This document shows, in pieces, positions 45,565-53,747 of a stretch of 57,365 bases of DNA. Position 1 is the first letter of the stretch, and each line of letters begins with the position of its first letter. The notes below the pieces were generated by a model, which ran no database searches, was not told the origin of the DNA, and saw only the letters and a program-made list of their open reading frames with translations. Location: assembly GCA_045654765.1 (NCBI GenBank), contig JAZONZ010000018.1:1-57365 (forward strand), in the 5' to 3' direction. This DNA is from Christensenellaceae bacterium. Its GTDB lineage: Bacteria; Bacillota; Clostridia; Christensenellales; Borkfalkiaceae. The position numbers and the translations under genes are program-made.

Positions 45565-47169
45565 ATGTACGTTTATACTGATGAACAACTTAAATCTATG
45601 AAGTTGGTTGAAAAAACAAGACAAGATAGATTAAATAATCTTCATAAAAGAATGACTGCTGAAGAAAAAACTGCAGTTTTACAACAATTTCACCCAGACT
45701 ATATTGAAGGGGCGTATGAAACTCTTAAAGTAGGTCCTAATAAAGGGGATAAAGTTTTACACGAACTTGCATCTTTATTACAAGGTAATCCGCGTAGCGA
45801 AGAAAAGTGCGCTGATTTATCTAATCCTGATTATGACGTTGACGTGTTAGTTATAGGTGGTGGCGGTGCTGGCTCATCTGCCGCTATAACTGCTCATAAC
45901 AACGGCGCTAACGTAATGATAGTTACAAAACTTAGAATAGGTGACGCTAACACTATGATGGCTGAGGGTGGTATTCAAGCGGCTGATAAACCTAACGACA
46001 GCCCTGCAATACATTATCTTGACGCTTTCGGTGGCGGACACTTTGCTGCAAAGCCTGAATTATTAGAAAAACTTGTTTGTGATGCTCCCGACTCTATTCG
46101 TTGGCTTTCTGACCTTGGCGTTATGTTTGATAAAGATGCCGATGGAAATATGATAACGACTCACGGTGGCGGTACTTCAAGAAAGAGAATGCACGCTTGT
46201 AAAGACTATTCGGGTGCTGAAATTATGAGAACTTTAAGAGATGAAGTTTTAAATAGGGGTATTCCTGTAGTAGACTTCACTTCTGCTATCGAAATTATTT
46301 TAGATGATGAAGGTAAGGCAAGTGGCGCTGTATTAAAAAATATGGAAACGGGCGAAATTTTAGTTGCTAAGGCTAAAACGGTAGTTATTGCAACGGGCGG
46401 TGCTGGTAGACTTCACTATCAAGGATTCCCAACGAGTAACCACTATGGTGCAACTGCTGACGGCTTAGTTTTAGCATATCGTGCGGGCGCTAAACTTTTA
46501 TATGCCGATACTTTACAATATCACCCAACGGGCGTTGCTGAACCAACACAAATTTTTGGTGCGTTAGTTACTGAAAAAGTACGTTCACTTGGCGCTCAAC
46601 TCGTTAACAAAGACGGCGAGCCTTTCGTATATTCTTTGGAAACGAGAGACGTTACGGCATCTACTATTATTAGAGAGTGTAACGGTAGAGATAACGGTAT
46701 CAAAACTACTGACGGCGTTGGCGTATGGCTCGATACTCCTATGATTGAACAAATTCACGGAGAAGGCACAATTGAAAAGAGAATTCCAGCAATGATGCGT
46801 ATGTTTGGTAAATATGGCATTGATATTAGAAAAGAGCCTATTTTAGTATATCCAACGTTGCACTATCAAAATGGTGGTATAGATATAAGCGCTAACGGTA
46901 TGACGAGCGTTGAAAACTTATTCGTTGCAGGCGAGGCTGTTGGTGGTATTCACGGAAGAAACAGACTTATGGGTAACTCACTTTTAGATATTATCGTATT
47001 TGGTAGAAATGCTGGTAAAAATGCGAGTGAAAAGTGTAAAAACGTAAAAGTTGGTAAACTTTCGTTAAGTCATATAGACAAATTTGAAAAAGAACTCAAA
47101 GATGCTGGCATAGATACGGGCATTGTTTCACCTAAACTATTACCAGATTATAAAAGAAAGGATATGTAA
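45565..47169 (+). CDS. frdA: fumarate reductase/succinate dehydrogenase flavoprotein-family subunit (soluble, TfrA/FrdA-like)
   Basis: VLVIGGGGAGSSAAITA FAD motif, plus LQYHPTG, LHYQNGGI and AGEAVGGIHGRNRLMGNSLLD. The segment aligned with the covalent-FAD His of SdhA reads ANTMMAEGG, with no His. Confidence 0.8.
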   Translation: MYVYTDEQLKSMKLVEKTRQDRLNNLHKRMTAEEKTAVLQQFHPDYIEGAYETLKVGPNKGDKVLHELASLLQGNPRSEEKCADLSNPDYDVDVLVIGGGGAGSSAAITAHNNGANVMIVTKLRIGDANTMMAEGGIQAADKPNDSPAIHYLDAFGGGHFAAKPELLEKLVCDAPDSIRWLSDLGVMFDKDADGNMITTHGGGTSRKRMHACKDYSGAEIMRTLRDEVLNRGIPVVDFTSAIEIILDDEGKASGAVLKNMETGEILVAKAKTVVIATGGAGRLHYQGFPTSNHYGATADGLVLAYRAGAKLLYADTLQYHPTGVAEPTQIFGALVTEKVRSLGAQLVNKDGEPFVYSLETRDVTASTIIRECNGRDNGIKTTDGVGVWLDTPMIEQIHGEGTIEKRIPAMMRMFGKYGIDIRKEPILVYPTLHYQNGGIDISANGMTSVENLFVAGEAVGGIHGRNRLMGNSLLDIIVFGRNAGKNASEKCKNVKVGKLSLSHIDKFEKELKDAGIDTGIVSPKLLPDYKRKDM

Positions 47170-47184
47170 CAAGAAGGTGAAATT

Positions 47185-48378
47185 ATGGAATTATTTGGTG
47201 GAGCATATTCAATAACGGGTGTAACGTTTTTTCTATTCACTCTATTTGCTATCACGTTCATAGGCTATTTAGTAGGCGGAATAAAAATTAAAGGCGTTTC
47301 TCTTGGAACGGCAGGAGTATTTTTAGTTTCTCTTGCGTTTGGTATGCTTTTCTATGGTGACGTAGAAAATACGTATAAAAGCGCTGAGGCAGGGTATAAG
47401 GTCGTTCAAAATATAGGACTATTACTCTTTATAACTTCAGTTGGATTTATTGCAGGACCTAACTTTTTTAGTGGTTTAAAGAAAAATGCAACAAGTTACG
47501 TTTTGCTTGGCTTTATTATTATTTTAACGGCAGGCTTAGTAACGGGTGGTATTTTGGTTGTTGATAAAAACGTAAATTCAGCAATGGCAACAGGCTTGCT
47601 TGCCGGTGCGTTAACGTCTACACCAGCCTATTCTGCTGCAATTGATTCATTACCATATGAATTTCAAGCGGCTTGTTCGGCTGGCTATGGTATAGCGTAC
47701 ATATTCGGTGTGGTGGGCGTTGTTTTATTCGTTCAACTTATGCCTAAATTATTAAAGGCTGATATGAACAAAGAAAGAGAAAGTCTTAGAGCCATTAGCA
47801 TTGATAATAAAGAAAGAAGAAAAGATTTTTTACAAATTGACGACTACGGCATTTTTGCTTTTGCTTTAGCAGTAGTATTAGGTTTAGTTGTTGGTATGAT
47901 AAAAATTCCGCTTGGTAAAGGTTCGTTTTCACTTGGAACAACGGGCGGTCCGCTTTTAGTTGCTTTAATTATGGGGCATTTTTACAATATTAAAAAAGTA
48001 AAACTTATGCCAGATATAAAACTTTTAAAAGTGTTTAGAGAGTTTGGTTTAATGCTATTTTTAATAGGCGCAGGCGTTCCTGGTGGTGCTAAATTCTTAC
48101 AACATTTAAATGCTATATACTTCTTGTATGGCGCAGTTATAACTATACTTCCTATGGTTGTTGGTTTTATATTTGCAAAGTTCGTTTTAAAATTGCCGTT
48201 ATTAAACAATTTAGGCTCTATCACGGGCGGTATGACTTCAACTCCAGCGCTCGGCACTCTAATAAGTGTTGCCGAAACTGATGACGTTGCTAACGCTTAT
48301 GCCGCAACTTATCCTATTGCACTTGTTTCAGTAGTGGTATTATCACAACTTTTAATTTTAATATTCCCGGTTGTGTAA
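47185..48378 (+). CDS. AAE (aspartate:alanine exchanger/YidE-YbjL-SucE) family transporter, short form
   Basis: Two homologous 5-6-TM halves. The N-terminus FIGYLVGGIKIKGVSLGTAGVFLVSLAFG is typical of the family. There are no central TrkA-C domains. Confidence 0.7.
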   Translation: MELFGGAYSITGVTFFLFTLFAITFIGYLVGGIKIKGVSLGTAGVFLVSLAFGMLFYGDVENTYKSAEAGYKVVQNIGLLLFITSVGFIAGPNFFSGLKKNATSYVLLGFIIILTAGLVTGGILVVDKNVNSAMATGLLAGALTSTPAYSAAIDSLPYEFQAACSAGYGIAYIFGVVGVVLFVQLMPKLLKADMNKERESLRAISIDNKERRKDFLQIDDYGIFAFALAVVLGLVVGMIKIPLGKGSFSLGTTGGPLLVALIMGHFYNIKKVKLMPDIKLLKVFREFGLMLFLIGAGVPGGAKFLQHLNAIYFLYGAVITILPMVVGFIFAKFVLKLPLLNNLGSITGGMTSTPALGTLISVAETDDVANAYAATYPIALVSVVVLSQLLILIFPVV

Positions 48379-48397
48379 AAATTTAATATGGTTTTTT

Positions 48398-48545
48398 GAG
48401 TAAACAACGAAAGTTGTTTGAAAGTAGGGGAAGTAAGGTGTAATTCCTTCGCAACGGTCATTACGGTAAAGCCCGATAACCTACCAAAAAGCGTTCAAGG
48501 TAATAAATTTCGGACAAAGGAAATATAAGCCACTAAACTATAAGT
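48398..48545 (+). promoter_or_regulatory. probable cobalamin riboswitch
   Basis: The core aggggaagtaaggtgtaattccttcgcaacgg matches the conserved GGGAAG..GGTG.AATTCC...GC..GG block. A later gccactaa segment is also present. I could not find a clear canonical B12 box. The downstream genes are of a type often B12-regulated. Confidence 0.55.
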
Positions 48546-48547
48546 TT

Positions 48548-48578
48548 ACGCCCGTATTATCTTGATACGGGCGTTTTT
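48548..48578 (+). terminator. intrinsic terminator (riboswitch expression platform)
   Basis: acgcccgtat-tatcttg-atacgggcgt followed by tttt, immediately before the DUF4430-like gene. Confidence 0.8.
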
Positions 48579-48595
48579 ACGTGGCAAAATATTAT

Positions 48596-49006
48596 ATGAA
48601 AAAATTTTTTGTAGCACTTTTAGTAGTTTTACTACTATTTATGGTTGGTTGCCAAAGAGAAATGGCAAAAGTGGACACTTTAGAAGAAAAAGTAGTTATC
48701 ACGATAACGGGTGATATTGATGAAGATATATCATTATTTGATTATATGCTTCAAATGCAAGAAAATGAAGAAATAGAATTTACTTATTCAAATGGTCAAT
48801 ATGGCGCTTATATTTTATCAATAAACAATATTACCGCTAAACCTAATGAGTTTTGGGCGTTATATACTGATGATGAAGAGTTTTCGTCAACGGAGTGGGG
48901 ACAAGTTGAGTATAAAGAAAAAATTTACGCATCAAGTTCGCTTGGTTGTGAAACTTTAAACGTTAAAAATGGAAACACTTATATTTGGGTTTTAACGAAG
49001 GTGTAA
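48596..49006 (+). CDS. DUF4430-like lipoprotein (transcobalamin-beta-domain-like, putative corrinoid binder)
   Basis: MKKFFVALLVVLLLFMVGC lipobox. Small secreted domain. The family assignment is from memory. I chose the ATG at 48596 over the GTG at 48581. Confidence 0.55.
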   Translation: MKKFFVALLVVLLLFMVGCQREMAKVDTLEEKVVITITGDIDEDISLFDYMLQMQENEEIEFTYSNGQYGAYILSINNITAKPNEFWALYTDDEEFSSTEWGQVEYKEKIYASSSLGCETLNVKNGNTYIWVLTKV

Positions 49007-49007
49007 A

Positions 49008-49526
49008 ATGAAAAGAACGAAAGAAATTGCAATAATAGGTATGTATACCGCCCTTTTAATAGGCGCTCAACTCGTATTATTTGCAGTTAGTGGAATAGAA
49101 GTGGTAACGATATTATTTTGCTGTTTTTGTTATCGCTTTGGGGTAAAAAAAGGCGTGTTATTAGCAATAGCCTTTTCTCTATTAAGGTGCATAGTATTTG
49201 GGTTTATTGTAAACGTAGTTATTTTATATTTAATATATTATCCGCTTTTAGCGATTGTGTTTGGTGTGGTGGGTAAAAAATTAACAAAAGAAATAACTAT
49301 AAAAAAAGTTATTATAGTTAGCGTTATTGCATTTATAATGACTATACTTTTTACTTTGATAGACGATATATTAACGCCGTTAATATATTTGTATAATATA
49401 AAAATGTTTAAGGCGTATTTTGTCGCTTCACTATTAACTTTAATTCCGCACGCAATAACTACGCTTATAATTTTTCTATTGCTATTTTACCCTATCGTTA
49501 AATTACTTTATAAAATAAAAATATAA
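49008..49526 (+). CDS. ECF-transporter S-component-like membrane protein
   Basis: 172 aa with ~5-6 TM helices. The N-terminus KEIAIIGMYTALLIGAQL is typical of S components. It is adjacent to the DUF4430 gene, behind the riboswitch. Confidence 0.55.
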   Translation: MKRTKEIAIIGMYTALLIGAQLVLFAVSGIEVVTILFCCFCYRFGVKKGVLLAIAFSLLRCIVFGFIVNVVILYLIYYPLLAIVFGVVGKKLTKEITIKKVIIVSVIAFIMTILFTLIDDILTPLIYLYNIKMFKAYFVASLLTLIPHAITTLIIFLLLFYPIVKLLYKIKI

Positions 49527-49531
49527 AAAAG

Positions 49532-49577
49532 CCCGCTATTAAGTTTGTTAACTACAACATACTCACTTAATAGCGGG
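49532..49577. terminator. bidirectional hairpin terminator
   Basis: 13-bp stem cccgctattaagt/acttaatagcggg, flanked by an A-run and a T-run. Confidence 0.75.
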
Positions 49578-49597
49578 TTTAATTTTTAAAATGATAT

Positions 49598-50749
49598 TTA
49601 TTTTTTTAAAGAAGAAATTATATTTTTTAAAGTGTCAACACAGTAATTTACTTCGCTTAACGTGTTTTCTTTACTAAAAGTAAACCTTATAGTTGATTTG
49701 GCGTCTTCTTCGCTTAAACCTATTTCCGTTAACACGTATGATGGCTCAATAGAGCCTGCTGAACAAGCCGAGCCCGTTGAAGCGCATATTCCGTTTAAGT
49801 CAAGTAAATAAAGTAAATTATCTCCGTTTATGCCCTTAAAGGTTATATCGGCATTGTTTTGTAAACGCATAGTTTTATCGCCGTTTAAAAAGGCTATATC
49901 TATTTCGTTTAAAACTCTATTTATAAAAGTGTTTCGTAAATTTAAAATATATTCGTTATCTTTATCTAAATTTTTTCTTGTTAATTCTAACGCTTTTGCC
50001 ATACCTATTGCTCCGGCAACGTTAGACGTTCCGCCCCTTCTATTCCTTTCTTGATGTCCGCCATTAAGAAGGGTTTTTACTATCGTGCTATTTTTAATAT
50101 ATAAAAAGCCTACGCCTTTTGGTCCGTTAAATTTATGCGCAGATGCTGAAAGCATATCAACGTTTAAACTTTTAACGTCAATTTCGTTACAGCCTATATA
50201 TTGAACGGCGTCAGTAAAGAATAAACTTCCTTTATCTTTTGCTATTTTGCAAATTTCTTTTACAGGTTGAATAGTTCCTATTTCGTTATTAGCAAACATA
50301 CAGCAAGTCAAAAAAGTGTTTTCATCAATTGCCTTTGAAAAATCTTCAACGCTAACAATTCCGTTTTCCTTTGGTGAAATTTCAATTACTTCAATATTGA
50401 ATTCTCTTAAAGAATTTATAGCGTTTAAAACGGCAGGGTGCTCGATAGTTGTAGTTACAATTTTATTTTTCTTGCCCCTTGCTAAAAAACTTCCTTTTAT
50501 TGCCCAGTTATTACTCTCAGTACCGCCAGACGTAAAATATATTTCATCAGCCTTAGCGTTTATTATTTTGGCTATTTTATCTCTTGCCTCGTCTAAACCT
50601 TTTACGGCATCTCTACCAACGCTGTGTAATGATGATGCGTTTCCATAAATAGTAGTTAAGTATGGAAGCATTTCTTGTAAAACTTCTTTATTTAGAGGGG
50701 TTGTTGATGCGTGGTCAAAATATATAGGTTTTTGTATATTGTTTGACAT
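49598..50749 (-). CDS. nifS: cysteine desulfurase (NifS/IscS class I)
   Basis: SASAHKFNGPKG PLP-Lys motif and STGSACSAG active-site Cys loop. Confidence 0.9.
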   Translation of the reverse strand: MSNNIQKPIYFDHASTTPLNKEVLQEMLPYLTTIYGNASSLHSVGRDAVKGLDEARDKIAKIINAKADEIYFTSGGTESNNWAIKGSFLARGKKNKIVTTTIEHPAVLNAINSLREFNIEVIEISPKENGIVSVEDFSKAIDENTFLTCCMFANNEIGTIQPVKEICKIAKDKGSLFFTDAVQYIGCNEIDVKSLNVDMLSASAHKFNGPKGVGFLYIKNSTIVKTLLNGGHQERNRRGGTSNVAGAIGMAKALELTRKNLDKDNEYILNLRNTFINRVLNEIDIAFLNGDKTMRLQNNADITFKGINGDNLLYLLDLNGICASTGSACSAGSIEPSYVLTEIGLSEEDAKSTIRFTFSKENTLSEVNYCVDTLKNIISSLKK

Positions 50750-50761
50750 AAATTACCTCTA

Positions 50762-53632
50762 TTAAGGTTCTCTAATAAGTTTAACAGGTTTTTCTTTGCA
50801 TATTTTCATAATAGGTATAATTGATGATAATATTGCTGTTACAAAGCAAAGTAATGATATAACTATAACTTGACGCAAGCCGTAAAGTGCAAAGTTTGCT
50901 GAAATCATCATAACCTTTTTAACGTACATATTTACAAATATACAGCCTACAAACGATATTATTACCGCTAAAATAGTGTTTATAAATGCTATAATAATAC
51001 TTTCGGAAATAAACATTCTAAATATATCTTTACTATTTGAGCCTAACGCACGTAAAACACCGATTGATTGCCTTTTTGAAACTATACTTACTGAAATATA
51101 GTTAAACAACATAAATATTGAAAATAACGCTAAAATTATTGCTACGTATAAGAATAAGTTTGATACTTGACCGATAACGTCTTCATTTTCAGTTAACGTT
51201 TCAAGTACGGTATTTTTAAACCATTTATAAGATACGGCATCGTTACTATCTAAGTAACTAGTAATTGCATTTGTGTTTTTACCACTAAGAAGTGGAGCAA
51301 CTATTCTACTGTAATCGCCTTGATTTTTGTAGATGTCAAACTTATCAAAAATAACGTCAGTAGTAGCAATAGGATATAAGTTCAAGTTGCTGGTTATCGT
51401 TTTACTATCTAAGTTGGTTGTGTCGTATTCATCGCTATTTATATCAAAGTAGACGCCAACTATTTTAAAATACTCTGTATCACTATAAAAAGTTGCAGGC
51501 GGTTTTAGTTTTAAAATAGAGCAAGTTTTCTCAAACTCTTTTGAGTAAGAGTAGCCAAGCATAGAGTTAAAAAGATTTCGTACGTTATCGTAGTTACTGC
51601 CGTTCTTTATAATTTGGGCAACGTCTTTAGCCATTTGGTCTATATCTTCTTGACGTCTATAGTTATTTCTATAAAATCTATAAAAATCCCAAATATTTAT
51701 TAACGCTTCATTTTCTTGAAGAATAGCGTATTCATCTGCCCTAATTCCACTATTATTTTTTTCTCTAAAATAATAAACGTTTTTATTAGGAATACTATTT
51801 GCTAAATAAAACCTGTTATCAAGATTTCCAGTATAATTTCCTGACGTTGCTTTGTAACTAGAATCACTAAAATAATAGTTAACTTTATTGTGTTGTTTAG
51901 CGTATTCTTCATGGTAGCCTTTTGCTACGAATACGTTAAGATATAAGCCTGAATTTATAAACGTAGTAAAATCTTGTTGTAGCAATCCGTCAACGTTATC
52001 TCTATTAGAATACGCTAACGCCTTGTATTTTTCAGGTATTTTACCACAATCTATAATACAGTCAATTTTAAAAGTCCTTTTATTAAAAGTAATTTCTTTA
52101 CCAAAAACAAAACTATAATCACCCTCGGTAGTGGCTGAACCAGAATAAAAATGCGTAAGACTGTCGGCAAGATAAGAAGATATACCTATAGGTATCGGGT
52201 AGCCATCAATATTTTTAGGGTAAGAACCTTTTAAAACTTTTAGGTTATAGCCATCTTTATCAATAGTCCAGTTTCCGTATTCGCCTGTAACTTCGGTTTC
52301 AGCGTCAAATTCTACGTAGCCGTTTACCGCATTTGAATAATATAATTCACCAGTCTCATTTTCTTTTTTACTAAATAACGCTCCGCTTGCTATAGTGTCG
52401 GCAACGATAGAAATATTATTATTCTTTTCAGCGTTAAAAGTGTAGATAGGTCTAAATTTATAACCTGAATTTTGTGAAATTTCTTGCATAAAAGAGTCGT
52501 CTAAACTAAATCTGGTAGATTTATTTGATATAGAAGAAGTATAGTCGGCACTAATAGAAATTGAAGAATATTCACCGTTTTCAATAATATCTTCAGCTAT
52601 TTTACTTTTTGAAAATGCAGCGATAGTATCGAACAAGCCGAACACCGCAAACGCAATAGCCGAAAGTAAAATTGTAAATATAAGCCTTAAAGGTTTTACT
52701 TTTAAAGACTTTACACCAAGTTCAAATGAAGATTTGAGTTTCATTTTACTATTTATAAATTTAGCAGGCTTTTCAGGTCTAACCGGTTTAATTTTAGGTG
52801 TTTGTGATTTTTCACGCACAACAACCGTATCTTTAATTTCAACCTCTTTGCCCGTCTCTATTGCTTTAGCAAGTGCAACTTGTTCATCACTACTAAGTTT
52901 AGCACGTGATTTAACGGTAAACGTAGTTTTGTTTTCATAAACGTTGCCGATTAGTTGTTTGTCAGTTAAAATAGTGTCACTTTCAACTTTACCATCTTTA
53001 ATTCTAATAATTCTATCAGCGTATTTTTCGGCAAGTTCCATATCGTGAGAAACAACTATAACGAGTTTTTCTTTCGATAACTTTTTAAGCATAGTAATAA
53101 CTTGCGTACCAGTAACGCTATCAAGCGCTCCCGTAGGTTCGTCCGCCATTATTATACTTGGATTTTTAATTAAGGCTCTTGCTATAGCAACCCTTTGTTT
53201 TTGACCACCAGAAAGTTGAGAAGGCATTCTCTTTTCTAATCCGGCAATGCCAACTTTTTCTAAAAGTTGTTTTAAATATTCTTTATCAGTTTCTATACCT
53301 TGAAGTTCGTTTGCAATACAAATATTCTTCTCAACCGTATAGTCGGGAAGAAGGTTGTACTCTTGAAATATAAAACCAACAAAAGTGTTACGATAGGCAT
53401 CGTATTCTTTATCAGTTAATGAAGATAATTCTCTACCATTAACTATAATTTCGCCTTCTTCAATGCCGTCAAGACCACCTATTACGTTAAGCATAGTGGT
53501 TTTACCACTACCAGATTGACCCGCTATAAAAACTAAGCCTTTTTCTTCAAAATTTAAAGATACCCCGTTTAAAGCATAGGTTAATCCCGCTTTTGTTACG
53601 TATATTTTTTTAACATTTAATAATTCTAACAT
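50762..53632 (-). CDS. fused ABC ATPase / FtsX-type permease (MacB-like) with a very large extracytoplasmic domain
   Basis: N-terminal GQSGSGKTT, LSGGQKQR and IIMADEP. TM1 lies near aa 318-340. A soluble insert of roughly 470 aa follows, then three C-terminal TM helices of the FtsX domain. Confidence 0.85.
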   Translation of the reverse strand: MLELLNVKKIYVTKAGLTYALNGVSLNFEEKGLVFIAGQSGSGKTTMLNVIGGLDGIEEGEIIVNGRELSSLTDKEYDAYRNTFVGFIFQEYNLLPDYTVEKNICIANELQGIETDKEYLKQLLEKVGIAGLEKRMPSQLSGGQKQRVAIARALIKNPSIIMADEPTGALDSVTGTQVITMLKKLSKEKLVIVVSHDMELAEKYADRIIRIKDGKVESDTILTDKQLIGNVYENKTTFTVKSRAKLSSDEQVALAKAIETGKEVEIKDTVVVREKSQTPKIKPVRPEKPAKFINSKMKLKSSFELGVKSLKVKPLRLIFTILLSAIAFAVFGLFDTIAAFSKSKIAEDIIENGEYSSISISADYTSSISNKSTRFSLDDSFMQEISQNSGYKFRPIYTFNAEKNNNISIVADTIASGALFSKKENETGELYYSNAVNGYVEFDAETEVTGEYGNWTIDKDGYNLKVLKGSYPKNIDGYPIPIGISSYLADSLTHFYSGSATTEGDYSFVFGKEITFNKRTFKIDCIIDCGKIPEKYKALAYSNRDNVDGLLQQDFTTFINSGLYLNVFVAKGYHEEYAKQHNKVNYYFSDSSYKATSGNYTGNLDNRFYLANSIPNKNVYYFREKNNSGIRADEYAILQENEALINIWDFYRFYRNNYRRQEDIDQMAKDVAQIIKNGSNYDNVRNLFNSMLGYSYSKEFEKTCSILKLKPPATFYSDTEYFKIVGVYFDINSDEYDTTNLDSKTITSNLNLYPIATTDVIFDKFDIYKNQGDYSRIVAPLLSGKNTNAITSYLDSNDAVSYKWFKNTVLETLTENEDVIGQVSNLFLYVAIILALFSIFMLFNYISVSIVSKRQSIGVLRALGSNSKDIFRMFISESIIIAFINTILAVIISFVGCIFVNMYVKKVMMISANFALYGLRQVIVISLLCFVTAILSSIIPIMKICKEKPVKLIREP

Positions 53633-53747
53633 AGTTACCCCTTAACCAAAATATTTTAGCATATAATACGTTATATGTAAATAATATTTTGTTTAATCAA
53701 TAAAAAAATATTGACAATTTTGCACATTTGTCAATATTTTTATACGT

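Noticed and set aside
44864-47169. Alternative reading of the FrdB/FrdA-like pair as APS reductase AprBA served by a Qmo-like HdrA complex
   Set aside because: The small subunit has an SdhB-type [2Fe-2S] Cys pattern, which AprB lacks. The flavoprotein is ~534 aa with the QYHPTG block. No sat, dsr or qmoC-like genes are present. The operon starts with mdh and fumC, which points to fumarate.
53700-53740. Inverted repeat TATTGACAA-N10-TTGTCAATA considered as a regulator operator for the ABC fusion gene
   Set aside because: On the minus strand it is followed by a T-run directly after the TRIC-family gene stop, so an intrinsic terminator explains it. A dual role cannot be excluded but is unsupported.
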